Positions 45,673-56,141 are shown, counted from the stretch's first letter. The stretch is 64,000 nucleotides of DNA from Candidatus Saccharimonadota bacterium (GCA_016286785.1 JAEEUB010000003.1:2328-66327); one strand, 5' to 3'. Numbers and translations: made by a program. Notes: generated by a model not told the origin, from the letters alone.

Positions 45673-46437
45673 CTACAAAATTCCCAAAATCCCTCTTAGT
45701 GCAAAGGCTGTATCCTCGTGATTTCTAACAGTGATGGTTTCAAATCCCATCTCCACGACCGGGTAATCATTGCCGCCGGGTTGGGTCATATCGCCAAAAT
45801 ATAGAACATCAGACTTGTCAACTTTAAGCTCCTCCAAGAGATGCGCCATACCAAACGACTTATTCATGCCCGGAGTAACAGCATTAATAGAGGTGGTGCC
45901 GGCTACTTCGTATTCAAACTCAGGGGCAAGCTCCTTGCACCTTGCGGCAATCTGATCGCGCTTTTTGTGGTCCGGGTCCCAAGCGTATTTCTCCTCGGTG
46001 CCAGCCTTTTGCCCGAGCGCCGAAAAAGTAACTTGCGACAAACGATTTTCAATAATCTCGTCGCCAGGGGCGAGCTTATCCTCCTCCCAAAAACCAAGTT
46101 CACGTGCCGCTTTCTCAATAGTACTCGTAATTTTATCAACTTGTTCTTTAGTTAGTGGATAATTATAAACCTGTACCCACTCTTTTTTGGAGGGATCAAA
46201 CCGATAATACTGCGTACCCTGAGCCACAAAAAGATGCAGATGTGAAAGCTGCTCGGGGGTAGGATTTTTTAGCCTATCAACGATTTGAATCATAAACTGA
46301 TCGAATTTTTGCCCAGAAATCGGACAAACCTCAAAGTGGTCGAGACACTTTAATAGTAGGTCTGCAATTTCGTCGGTAACAGGGGTTTTAGCGACGTTAA
46401 TGGTTTGATCAACGTCAAATGAGAGAACTTTTTTCAT
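45673..46437 (-). CDS. HAD-IIB hydrolase, phosphomannomutase-like
   Basis: FDVDQT motif I, ENRLSQVTFSALGQ, GTTSI, YFGD...GGNDYPV. Confidence 0.85.
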   Translation of the reverse strand: MKKVLSFDVDQTINVAKTPVTDEIADLLLKCLDHFEVCPISGQKFDQFMIQIVDRLKNPTPEQLSHLHLFVAQGTQYYRFDPSKKEWVQVYNYPLTKEQVDKITSTIEKAARELGFWEEDKLAPGDEIIENRLSQVTFSALGQKAGTEEKYAWDPDHKKRDQIAARCKELAPEFEYEVAGTTSINAVTPGMNKSFGMAHLLEELKVDKSDVLYFGDMTQPGGNDYPVVEMGFETITVRNHEDTAFALRGILGIL

Positions 46438-46534
46438 GAGTTAATTGTAACACATAAATCGCCATAATAAGACTAAGCCATTGCAGTTAAAAATAGTATA
46501 AATTAGCATAAGCGTCAAAGCCATGGCTTTTATA

Positions 46535-46563
46535 TTGACAAAAAAGCTAAAGTGTGATAAAAT
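46535..46563 (+). promoter_or_regulatory. Sigma70 promoter TTGACA-17-TAAAAT with extended TG
   Basis: Direct reading; 136 nt upstream of the GTG at 46700. Confidence 0.8.
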
Positions 46564-46699
46564 GTAATCAGTCTAGGTTTTGGTGTGTTATCAAATAACG
46601 AGAAGGCCATTAACAACCAAATCATCTCAGATTTCAAACGAAATCTGAAAGCTATCCTAATACTACTCTCCAATTCTAACAGAAAGGAAGTGATGCCTT

Positions 46700-48031
46700 G
46701 TGGCAAAGCATTGTAAGAATTGGTCCCAGACCGCCAAGGTCTGGATCAAGAAGCATCGCCGCGAAATGGGGATCGTTGCGGTAATTGTGTTGCTCATTGG
46801 CACGCTTTGCGCCTGTGGCGCCAGCCTCGCAAAGAGCAATAGCTCCAACGACCCCAATGGCTCCACCGTCTCGACCGGGACCGCCGAGGATACCAACGGC
46901 ACCGACGAGACTGAAGTTACCGACGAGACCGCGCCCACTACGCAGGAGGCCGAGGCTTCCCAGGACAAGAAAGGTGATAGGGGGGCATATCAGAAATATC
47001 AGGAGCTGGTGGACAGCCACCCCGATCTAGTCTTCCATAACTTCGAGCTTCTATCGGATGGCGATCAGGACAACAACAGCCATTTTGGACCGAACCGGTA
47101 CCATGCCGATTGGGCTGCGAAAGATTACTACGAGGATTTTAAGGAGATTATCAAGCAAGACCCCCTGATCCTTGTAGCGGCCATTGCGACGGTGGACGCC
47201 GTTCGGGATACTGATCTCGTGGGCGACTACTACAATGGCAATGATAAGGACTGGGCCAAGACCATGAACGTCATGGTTGAGGACCTGATATCCGGTAAGG
47301 TGAATATCGCCCGAATGTATGAGGTCTTCTCCGAATTCCTCGACAATGAGGTGCGCGACATTAAACTCGTGCACATGGATGATATTAACGACCAGATGTA
47401 CATCACTCCGTATACCTATAGCGGAGTGCCCAAGCTCGTCGTGAGTGAGACTCACGAGTCAGGTGACATTCTTGTCATCACGGTTAAAAAGAAGGGTGGC
47501 TCGGAGAACGACAAAACAGTCGGTTTCCGTGCCCAGTGCGGATATCAGCCAGTAAACGTGGCTGATCGACTGGGTATTAAGCCCACACCTGTACCGGAAA
47601 TTCCGGAGCACACTCCGGAGCACACTCCGGAGCCGGGCAAGGGCGGGAACACCCCGCAGCCCGAACCGGAACCTCAACCGCAGCCCGAACCTGAGTATGT
47701 CAAAGACGTAACCCAGGGACAGGCGTCCGACCCGGGCGAAGGGAGGAGCCCGTACACCAATAATGGTGACGGAGCTCAAACCAGCTCTGCCGCCGTCGAG
47801 GAGCAACCCACCTCGTACGAAGAGTACGAGGAAAGGGTGGAGGAAACGGAGTCTCAGGTAGGAGACTCCTCTAGCACTACCCCGTCGACCGAGGCACCAG
47901 AAGACACCACGGTCTTTAACGACGGGGCCGAGGCGGCAAATGACCCTGCCACCGACCCATCATTCGACCGTCCGGCTGACGGATCGGAGCTCAACGCCGA
48001 CCCCGATGCCGAATGGTCAATTCAAGAGTAG
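46700..48031 (+). CDS. GC-rich exported protein, possible lipoprotein, with Pro/Glu linker and acidic tail
   Basis: Hydrophobic N-segment ending TLCAC; PEHT and PEPQ repeats; GC clearly higher than flanks. Confidence 0.8.
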   Translation: MAKHCKNWSQTAKVWIKKHRREMGIVAVIVLLIGTLCACGASLAKSNSSNDPNGSTVSTGTAEDTNGTDETEVTDETAPTTQEAEASQDKKGDRGAYQKYQELVDSHPDLVFHNFELLSDGDQDNNSHFGPNRYHADWAAKDYYEDFKEIIKQDPLILVAAIATVDAVRDTDLVGDYYNGNDKDWAKTMNVMVEDLISGKVNIARMYEVFSEFLDNEVRDIKLVHMDDINDQMYITPYTYSGVPKLVVSETHESGDILVITVKKKGGSENDKTVGFRAQCGYQPVNVADRLGIKPTPVPEIPEHTPEHTPEPGKGGNTPQPEPEPQPQPEPEYVKDVTQGQASDPGEGRSPYTNNGDGAQTSSAAVEEQPTSYEEYEERVEETESQVGDSSSTTPSTEAPEDTTVFNDGAEAANDPATDPSFDRPADGSELNADPDAEWSIQE

Positions 48032-48043
48032 TGGATAGCTTGT

Positions 48044-48154
48044 GCCTCGTCCCCCTCCACAGGGGGCGAGGCGTAGGCCGAAAGGCCTAAGAGTGGAGCC
48101 CCTAGCGGACTAGCACCTTATGAGTCCGGCAACTTCGGTTGCCGGGCTTCACTC
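48044..48154 (+). ncRNA. Candidate structured RNA (three GC-rich helical domains)
   Basis: 12-bp hairpin; TAGGCC-GAAA-GGCCTA; GAGTGGAGC/GCTTCACTC enclosing a CCGGCAAC-TTCG-GTTGCCGG hairpin; no U-tract. Confidence 0.5.
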
Positions 48155-48243
48155 CAAGTTTTGAGACTGAGACGATTTGGCTGTTTAGACGAATATTAAC
48201 AATTCGACTAGCAAAATAAGAAACTATTAATGAAAGGATTATT

Positions 48244-49569
48244 ATGAATAAAATTTATAAGTCAGTGCTTAGCGTATCGGCCACAGCAGTTTTGCTTGCA
48301 GCTACGCTTACTCCGATGATAGTAAACGCTCGTGGCGATTCAGCGAATGGCCGCAAGATCTATACTATCGAACAAATCAACAATGGTGACCTTGGTGACA
48401 CCATTACATTTAACTCAATTTCTAATGGTAAAATTGGAGACGAAGAAGATTTCGTGGGCGCAAGAATGGCTGGCGACACATCTAGTGTCTTGCAAAATGC
48501 CTCTATCGATGTAAAAGATGGTGATATCATCACGATTCGTCTATATGTTCACAACAATAACCCTAAAGGCGAAAAGGCTATCGCAGAAGGCGTAAAGGCG
48601 TCCTTCTTGGTTCCATCGGGCATTGCTAAATCTCATACGATTATTGGCTATCTCGATTCTTCGAACGCTACCCCTAATCGTTACTGGGATGAAGTGATTC
48701 TAAACTCTAGCGAAGATATTTACCTTAATTATGTTAAGGGCTCCGCAAAATTCACTAACAGCAAAATGGGTACGGTAGCGCTTCCTGACGAGATAGTTGC
48801 CTCTGGTGCTACACTCGGCTATGATAAGTTAGATGGTAAAATCCCAGGCTGTTATCAGTATGATGGCTTTGTTACCATTGACGTTAAAGTTCATAACTAT
48901 GTGGCGGCTAAGGTTTCTAAGCAGGTTCGCATTAAGGGTACCAATACTTGGAGTGAATCTGTAAACGCCAAAGTTGGCGATGAGGTTGAATTCCAAATTG
49001 AATTCACTAACCTTTTATCTGAAACCGTAAGGAACGTTGCAATCAAAGATGTTCTGCCTGCCAACATTGAATATGTCAATGGTTCTACCTATCTATATAA
49101 TGCTGGCCACCCAAGTGGTGTATTACTAGAAGGCGATCACCTAACCGAAAATGGTATCATAATCGGCGATTATGGTTCAAACCGTAATGGTATCGTACGC
49201 TTCACCGGCAAAGTTGTAGATAAATCTTTGGCTTGCGGTAATAACCAATTGGTTAACTGGGCAAACGCTACAATATCTAGCTCAAGCCTACAAAACGTTG
49301 TCTACAAAGACGACGCATCTGTAATGGTAAAAAAGGATGACGAGACTTGTAAAAAGACTCCAGATCCTGATCCAACGCCCGATCCAGAGCCAACTCCGGA
49401 TCCTGATGGTCCAACTCCAACCCCAACCCCAGACGATCCTATCGATCCGGGCACTCCAACCGTAATCGTGAGTACCGGTCCCGAGACTATCGTAACTGGT
49501 GCGATTGGTGCTGGTTCTGTAGTGACCACCCTTGGCTACTACATTGCTAGTCGTAAAAAGTTAATGTAA
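48244..49569 (+). CDS. DUF11-type Ig-domain surface protein with PTPD linker and sortase-like tail
   Basis: Signal peptide; GDEVEFQIEF.N...NVAIKDVLP; (PD/PT)n linker; VSTGP plus TM plus RKK. Confidence 0.82.
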   Translation: MNKIYKSVLSVSATAVLLAATLTPMIVNARGDSANGRKIYTIEQINNGDLGDTITFNSISNGKIGDEEDFVGARMAGDTSSVLQNASIDVKDGDIITIRLYVHNNNPKGEKAIAEGVKASFLVPSGIAKSHTIIGYLDSSNATPNRYWDEVILNSSEDIYLNYVKGSAKFTNSKMGTVALPDEIVASGATLGYDKLDGKIPGCYQYDGFVTIDVKVHNYVAAKVSKQVRIKGTNTWSESVNAKVGDEVEFQIEFTNLLSETVRNVAIKDVLPANIEYVNGSTYLYNAGHPSGVLLEGDHLTENGIIIGDYGSNRNGIVRFTGKVVDKSLACGNNQLVNWANATISSSSLQNVVYKDDASVMVKKDDETCKKTPDPDPTPDPEPTPDPDGPTPTPTPDDPIDPGTPTVIVSTGPETIVTGAIGAGSVVTTLGYYIASRKKLM

Positions 49570-49600
49570 AAGTGACCGCTTCAACTAGAGTGGGAACTTA

Positions 49601-49638
49601 AAAAAATGAGCCCGGGGCTGTAGCCCCGGCTCATTTTT
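49601..49638. terminator. Intrinsic terminator
   Basis: AAAATGAGCC-GGGGC/GCCCC-GGCTCATTTT stem with T-tract. Confidence 0.85.
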
Positions 49639-49743
49639 GTCGTCTGATTAAACTTAAAAGCTTATAGACCGGCTCGAAAAACTTAACTTTTTTGACCAAG
49701 TTTTTTCGATATTTTAAACGATTATGTTATAATAGATACGTAT

Positions 49744-50844
49744 ATGGATCCAACACAAAAAAGTCCTATTAGTAGTAATAACCCGAGCGAAACAAACCCG
49801 GGCGGTATTCGCTTGCCATCAAATGATAAAGGTTACTCGACCGCCCCTAGTACTCAAAGCCAAAATATCCAAACCGGTTTCAATATCCCAAGTAGTCAAA
49901 GCATTTCAAACAATCCTGTCATCCCAAACAGCCCCAGTAGCCCGAACACAAACACTCTAAGTAACAATCCGCCATCTCAAAACACAAATTATAATGAGAT
50001 GCTTCCGCTCATGCAAGCAAACGCTAATTATATAATGCCACAATCGGTACCAGCGGGCATGGGTTCTAATGGTGCCATCCCTGGCAACAACAAAACTAAA
50101 AAATCAGGGGTTTGGAACGTTTGGCTAATTGTTTTAGTTGCTATAGTGTTGTGTTTAAGTATAGTTCTTATAATATGGTTGGCTCTTTCTGGCAGTGATG
50201 GCGGGGGCGAATCTTTCAGCAATACAACTAATTCATTCAATTCATATGTAAATTATGTAGTTTATGGGCAAGAAAACAACGGGGCAATCAACATTGACGA
50301 TGTGGCGGGTGCGCAGCCATACTTCGAAAGCATCAGTGGCGACGACCTCGAGCAGTATCTACTTAAGGCAAAGGAAAAATACACCGATTTTTCAAACCTC
50401 TACAGTAACGGAGATGGCAATGTTCTAGGAATTGAATCCATGGATATATATTTTTATGATTATGCCAAAAATCATACAATATCCATGGGCAGATACCAAG
50501 ACCTATACGAAAAAAATGGCGTGGAGGGTATTGATAATTTTATTAAAGAAAGATTCCCGGAGTCAAGTTCGGACGTAATTTATAATTCATATATTAACGA
50601 CGAAAAACGATTTGCAAATCTTTGCGCAAAAATATTTGCCACAGCCGAAAGCGCCGGCTGCAGGGGAGAAGACGGGGCCTTCACTGAAGGCTGTTACAAT
50701 ATGTCGGAGCAAGAGTCGGAAGATCTAAGCTCCGTCATGAGTAAATTAGATAACGATGAAAACATTTTATACAACAACGCAATAAGTGTGATTCTTGCGT
50801 TGTATAAGGAACTATACGGTGTTAACTCAGAGGAGGGAGTATGA
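49744..50844 (+). CDS. Hypothetical bitopic membrane protein, N/P/S/Q-rich N-terminus
   Basis: Low-complexity N-terminus, one TM, helical C-domain; overlaps the next gene start. Confidence 0.8.
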   Translation: MDPTQKSPISSNNPSETNPGGIRLPSNDKGYSTAPSTQSQNIQTGFNIPSSQSISNNPVIPNSPSSPNTNTLSNNPPSQNTNYNEMLPLMQANANYIMPQSVPAGMGSNGAIPGNNKTKKSGVWNVWLIVLVAIVLCLSIVLIIWLALSGSDGGGESFSNTTNSFNSYVNYVVYGQENNGAINIDDVAGAQPYFESISGDDLEQYLLKAKEKYTDFSNLYSNGDGNVLGIESMDIYFYDYAKNHTISMGRYQDLYEKNGVEGIDNFIKERFPESSSDVIYNSYINDEKRFANLCAKIFATAESAGCRGEDGAFTEGCYNMSEQESEDLSSVMSKLDNDENILYNNAISVILALYKELYGVNSEEGV

Positions 50845-53800
50845 TGAAGGTTGTTAAGAGTCTATCTATATGGATATTTGGAGTACTTATGTTTGGCCTT
50901 TTCGCAAACGTAAACGTTCACGCCGCCGACACTTCCTCCATCATGAAAAAATGGGTCTTTACCGGATATGCGGCATGCGCCCGGGACGCTATAAATACTC
51001 CATTATCCAATAAAGAAAACCAGAGCGGACTTGTATCTGAAAGTGTTTTCGATAAAAGAGCTGGGTCAGTAAATCTGCCATCATATGGTTTTGGCACAAA
51101 TGATAATAACAGCTCCCAAATAGACTGTAGAGGCTTATTTCTTGGGGAAGGAGCACTCTCTAAATCTGGGGTATTAGATTATGCCGGTATCACAAAAAGC
51201 ATAGACTGGAGCAAAACCAGCGATGCGCATTCGTTCCTCACGGAGAAAGTGGGCTATAAGTTCGATAATGACACTAGTAACGCACAGTTCTTCACTATAT
51301 CGGCAGCAAGACAAATATGCGATACTAATTATCTTTTTGGTGAAAAAACCACTTGCAGTACAAAAGATATTTCCTCGGCAAGAATCACTAGGAGTGACAA
51401 CGGTAAATATACGATTGATAAAACTCAATTTGGCAAAGATATAAAAATCAAGCTCGACGATAATGGCATGAAAGTAGAAGTGGTAAAGCCATGGGGTGCG
51501 ATTTGGGATTCGGGTTCGCCCGTGCACGAAGCATATATTGAATACGATTCTGATATCACAAAGTTCGCGAACAAAACAGAAATGGCTCTTCGATCTTTGG
51601 CGCCATCATATATACAAGGATATGATGGAGGCGATACTAAAGTAACGATTAGTTTTAGTAGCGGAATAATAAATCAGGGCAATATCGGTACCTACAGTTT
51701 CATAAAACACAGCTCAGACAGCATCGCTAATTCAATAAAACTATTATCTGGCCCCGATAATCTATATCTTACTAATGATGAAAGATATAATCTATATACC
51801 TATTATATACAAAAATCTGCTAACACCATAGTGTGCGAAAATGACGGTACAGTTGGTGATAATGAATACTTGGTAAAACTAAAAAGCGGTAATGACTTCA
51901 AGAACTGTAGGATTAGCTTCAACGGGGCTTCCCCCTCCTCAATCAATGTAAACATTGTAAATAGTGACCGTCCGTTCCCAGCGATACAAACCGTTACTCT
52001 AGACAATATAATCAATTGGCTAAACAATGTTGACACTTCCAAGCTCGAGGACGTTGATTCTATAGAAGATCGGGACCCAATTTCTGGACAAACAAACTCT
52101 ATAAGAGAATTATGCGAAAAGGGGAATTTAAATGGCCAGGGTTGGATTCTGTGTCCTAGCTTAGAAAATCTCACATATACTGCTAACGATATGGATCGGT
52201 TTGTGCAAAAATTTCTAAACGTGGACACAACGTTATACGATTATGACAGCGCCGCATATAAAGTCTGGCAAGTTACGCGCAGTTTTGCGAATATACTGAT
52301 GATTATATTTCTTCTCTTTATCCTTTTTTCGCAAATCACCGGTTTTGGTATAGATAATTATGGTATCAAAAAAATGCTGCCCCGAATTATTATTTCGGCA
52401 ATTTTAATAAACCTTAGTTTTGTTATTTGTACAATAGTAATAGATTTATCTAATATACTAGGCGTAGGGTTGAGGGACTTGTTTGGTGTCATCGGCCAAG
52501 GCCTGGAGGTTGGACAGGCTGCAGAGGGTGGCGATTATATTGCTACGACAGTGGCCGTGCTCATGGCTGCTATTAGCGGCGCTGGCATGATAGCTCCTAC
52601 GGTTGTGTCGATAGGACTGGTCACGGCGTCTTTCCCTATGATTGTTGTTATGGTGGTCTTGGCTGTCCTTGGGGCAGTATCGGCCCTCTTCATAATCTTT
52701 GCAATGCTTTCCGGGAGAATGGTTTTAATTATCCTGTGTCTATCAGTAGCTCCGGTAGCATTTGCGCTCTACGTATTACCCAATACTCAAGGCTTATTTA
52801 AAAAGTGGCTGAGCGCCCTTAAAGCGGTCGTAGTTCTATTCCCAATTTGTGGAGCGTTAGGTGGAATTAGCTCCATAATTAAAGGCATTTCTAGCACTAC
52901 GGACGACATCGTAATGAAAATTATTGGTATTCTTGCGCCGTTCGTAATGTTTTTCCTACTGCCCTCGCTATTGAGAAGCGCGCTATCATCTATAGGTCAG
53001 ATAGGCTCAGTATTCCAGTCAATTGGCGAAAAAGTATCTAGCGGAATAAAAGAAGCTCGAAGGGGAGTTCAAAGTTCCGAGATATACAGAGATGCAACAA
53101 TGCAGACATCTTATCTGAGAGCAAAAGATCTGAAAGAAAGACTTGAAAAAAGAGCTGCGGATTTAGCTAAAGAGGACAAAAGTCTTAGCTTCCATGAGCA
53201 GGCCCTATTAAGGGACGCCTCTTCGAAAGTCAATTTTAGGGAAAGCACGAGCCTAAGGACATACGAAGATTTGTTTAGTGGTCAAGATGCTAAAACCGTC
53301 GGCGCATCCTTCGAGAGTGCAATAAGGTCTAATGACGCCGAGCGCGCCAGAGCAGCCCTTCGTAATCTAATCAAGACTGATCCTAAAAGAGCCTATGAAA
53401 CATTGCGAGATGCAAATTGGGGAAAGATGAACAGCTCCTTCAGGCAAAAACTAGTTGCTGATATGGGCGCAAGCGGCGTTGATTTATTGTCCGGTTACGC
53501 CGCCTATGAGGGTAACGACAAGATTCCTGGTCCAAAGGATTTTAAAAGTTATCTCACTAAAGCGTACGCTACACGCCTTACGGATAAGGGCGATAAAGCC
53601 GCAATGAGCCTCAGCAAAGATGATTTGACATTTATCTTAGATCCAGATAGTGGCATAGATCTGGACAACCAGCAATTGGGTAAAGTACTATTGACGGGCT
53701 CATCGTCGCATAGTACCGAAAACGACTATCAGAGCCTTGTGAATAGTACAATTAAGGAGAAAAAGATTAAGGCCGAGGAATTAGGGTTCGATAATGCAGA

Positions 53801-54029
53801 CCAGCTTCGCTTCTTAACGCCGGGCATGATTAAGGCGATGTTGGATGGAGGATCGTATGGAGAAGGTAAGACTCTACAAGACGTGCAGCAAGCGATTAAG
53901 GGGGAATTAGGGGAAGTATTCGATAAAGCTGACAGAAGAACACTGGCACAAATGCACCGAGACACTTTGACGATACTCGAAGGGGGAAACGTTAGCGAAA
54001 TTGCAAGTAAATGGAGCTCATCAAGTTAA
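50841..54029 (+). CDS. VirB6/TrbL-like type IV secretion membrane protein
   Basis: Signal plus Cys-containing ectodomain; GWILCP...W...R.FAN....F...I.SQITG.GIDNYGIKKMLPR...N.SF core; multiple TMs; helical cytoplasmic tail. Confidence 0.75.
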   Translation: MMKVVKSLSIWIFGVLMFGLFANVNVHAADTSSIMKKWVFTGYAACARDAINTPLSNKENQSGLVSESVFDKRAGSVNLPSYGFGTNDNNSSQIDCRGLFLGEGALSKSGVLDYAGITKSIDWSKTSDAHSFLTEKVGYKFDNDTSNAQFFTISAARQICDTNYLFGEKTTCSTKDISSARITRSDNGKYTIDKTQFGKDIKIKLDDNGMKVEVVKPWGAIWDSGSPVHEAYIEYDSDITKFANKTEMALRSLAPSYIQGYDGGDTKVTISFSSGIINQGNIGTYSFIKHSSDSIANSIKLLSGPDNLYLTNDERYNLYTYYIQKSANTIVCENDGTVGDNEYLVKLKSGNDFKNCRISFNGASPSSINVNIVNSDRPFPAIQTVTLDNIINWLNNVDTSKLEDVDSIEDRDPISGQTNSIRELCEKGNLNGQGWILCPSLENLTYTANDMDRFVQKFLNVDTTLYDYDSAAYKVWQVTRSFANILMIIFLLFILFSQITGFGIDNYGIKKMLPRIIISAILINLSFVICTIVIDLSNILGVGLRDLFGVIGQGLEVGQAAEGGDYIATTVAVLMAAISGAGMIAPTVVSIGLVTASFPMIVVMVVLAVLGAVSALFIIFAMLSGRMVLIILCLSVAPVAFALYVLPNTQGLFKKWLSALKAVVVLFPICGALGGISSIIKGISSTTDDIVMKIIGILAPFVMFFLLPSLLRSALSSIGQIGSVFQSIGEKVSSGIKEARRGVQSSEIYRDATMQTSYLRAKDLKERLEKRAADLAKEDKSLSFHEQALLRDASSKVNFRESTSLRTYEDLFSGQDAKTVGASFESAIRSNDAERARAALRNLIKTDPKRAYETLRDANWGKMNSSFRQKLVADMGASGVDLLSGYAAYEGNDKIPGPKDFKSYLTKAYATRLTDKGDKAAMSLSKDDLTFILDPDSGIDLDNQQLGKVLLTGSSSHSTENDYQSLVNSTIKEKKIKAEELGFDNADQLRFLTPGMIKAMLDGGSYGEGKTLQDVQQAIKGELGEVFDKADRRTLAQMHRDTLTILEGGNVSEIASKWSSSS

Positions 54030-54230
54030 AACAGAAACATAAAAAAGTTCAAGAACTAGAGGAACGCAAGATGGCGCCGCATACCGCATAGGTAATAATA
54101 TGGGGCAGTTCAATAAGCATAACAAGACAGTCCTCAACTGGCTTCCTGAGAGAAATATAAAAGAAGGAAGAATCGACCGAGAACGGTGATGTTCCACGAT
54201 TGCTTCAAGAACTATTTATTGAATGGCTAC

Positions 54231-55025
54231 TTAATGCCCATCCATCGCCCCAGCAGCTATCATATGCTCAAATAAGCATGCAATCGTAAGTGGTCCTACG
54301 CCGCCAGTTTTTGGCGTAATAGCAGAAAGATTAGTGAGGCCCCTCACGTCGTCCGTTAGATCCCCCTTAAGCACACCATCCTCACTAGCGGTACCAGCAT
54401 CCACTACGACGGCGCCCGGCTTAATCATTGAACTATCAATCAGTCCCGAAACTCCCGTTGCGGTAATTATTACATCATATTCATTAAGCTTAGATAAATC
54501 CGATCCTCGATGAAACAGTTCCACGTCTAGTCCAGAATCATAGAACATCTTTAACAGTGGAGCGCCTACTAATTTTCCGCGTCCAACTATGGCAATTCGT
54601 TGGTTTTTGAGCTCAATATTATACCCGTTTAGAAGCCAGTTAATGGCAGTAGCAGTGGCAGAATCAAATCTAGCACCCTCGCCCAGTCCATCCACGTCTT
54701 TATCGGGATTAATAAGATTACAAAGCTCATCGGTGCGCTCCTTTTCTTTGATCGGGAGTTGAACAATGATACCAGAAACCGACGGATCGCTATTTGCTGC
54801 GGTAATCTTTTTTGCTAAATCATCAAAATTTTTAGCCTTATAATCTTCTACCATAATACCTATATCTGCCCCATATAGTACTTTGAGGTTTACATACTTT
54901 AATATTACCGGATCATCGCTATCGCGGACAATCAAAAGCTTCGGTTTTTTACTCATCCCCCGCACTTGATATGCTTGGCGCTCCTTAATAAAGCCAGCTA
55001 ATTCGCGGCCGTCTAGAATTTTCAT
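54231..55025 (-). CDS. folD: Bifunctional methylene-THF dehydrogenase/cyclohydrolase
   Basis: ILDGR, YVNLK, GIIVQLP, KDVDG, VGRGKLVG, GGVGPLT. Confidence 0.95.
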   Translation of the reverse strand: MKILDGRELAGFIKERQAYQVRGMSKKPKLLIVRDSDDPVILKYVNLKVLYGADIGIMVEDYKAKNFDDLAKKITAANSDPSVSGIIVQLPIKEKERTDELCNLINPDKDVDGLGEGARFDSATATAINWLLNGYNIELKNQRIAIVGRGKLVGAPLLKMFYDSGLDVELFHRGSDLSKLNEYDVIITATGVSGLIDSSMIKPGAVVVDAGTASEDGVLKGDLTDDVRGLTNLSAITPKTGGVGPLTIACLFEHMIAAGAMDGH

Positions 55026-56032
55026 TGTAGCTCCACTGGTTCCTGCTCAAGCCAATAGCCAAATTTATCATAAACTTTAGCAACAATCTCGGCTCTGGCC
55101 GCCTTTAAATCATTATATCCTTTAGCCGATTCGTTGATGAGTACGAGCGGAGCCTTTTCGCTAACTCGCATTCCGTGCAGGAGCCTACCTTTTAGTCCAG
55201 CCTGATCAATCAACCAACCGGAATTAATCTTATTGCCGTCTTTGCCTCGGTATACCGGATATCCTTTAGATTCGGCAATCAGAGCTTCATTATTGTCAAG
55301 GTAAATATTTTTAAAAAACGAACCAGAACTTGCCTGTTCCATGGGATCGGGCAATTTTGAATCACGAATCGCACTAACGATTTGTCGTATGCTTTGCGGG
55401 CTGCAGTCAGAGATAGAATGCTCTTTCATATACTGCTCAATTGAATTATAGAACGGGCGTGGCATTTCGCCCGATTTTAGATCAAGGGTTATCGAGATTA
55501 CAAAATAACGATTAATGTCGGTGGTATTTAAAATACTCTTTCGATAAGAAAACTTTAAATCCGATTTAGAAAGAGTTTTGTAAGAAGAGTCGCTAGTATC
55601 AAAAACATCAATTTCTACAAGCGTATCGGCAATTTCCTGACCATACGCACCAATGTTTTGGACTGGCGCCGAAGCCGCTAGCCCCGGAATTTTACTAAGC
55701 GCTTCAATCCCCGTCAAACCTTTTTTGCAGGCATAAGCCACTACGTCGTCCCAATATTCTCCCCCCATAATCTTAAGCCTAACGCCGTCTGTTGTTGGTT
55801 TTTCGTCGATTCCGAGCATACGATTAATAACAACTACACCGTTAAAACCCTCGTCGTGCCCAATCGTATTTGCGCCATATCCCAAAGCAAAAGTTGGTAA
55901 ACCAAATTGCCTGGCAAAGCCAAAAGCCTCGGCAACATCGTCGTAGCTTTCCACCTCCACTACGTATCTAGCTGGCCCGCCAAGCCGCATAGTTGTAAGG
56001 CTAGAGATGAGAATATTTTCATTTATCTTCAT
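55022..56032 (-). CDS. murB: UDP-N-acetylenolpyruvoylglucosamine reductase
   Basis: TTMRLGGPA, GYGANTI, IPG...PVQNIGAYG, FSYRKS, SSGSFFKN, LEQEP. Confidence 0.96.
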   Translation of the reverse strand: MKINENILISSLTTMRLGGPARYVVEVESYDDVAEAFGFARQFGLPTFALGYGANTIGHDEGFNGVVVINRMLGIDEKPTTDGVRLKIMGGEYWDDVVAYACKKGLTGIEALSKIPGLAASAPVQNIGAYGQEIADTLVEIDVFDTSDSSYKTLSKSDLKFSYRKSILNTTDINRYFVISITLDLKSGEMPRPFYNSIEQYMKEHSISDCSPQSIRQIVSAIRDSKLPDPMEQASSGSFFKNIYLDNNEALIAESKGYPVYRGKDGNKINSGWLIDQAGLKGRLLHGMRVSEKAPLVLINESAKGYNDLKAARAEIVAKVYDKFGYWLEQEPVELQ

Positions 56033-56141
56033 GGATTAATTATAGCATAGGTTAAAAAGTTTATTCTCGGTGCTACAACGGCCGGATTATGAGTAAGTAT
56101 CCTTAGCTCTAAAAACTCTAAGTCTATGCTATAATCATGGT

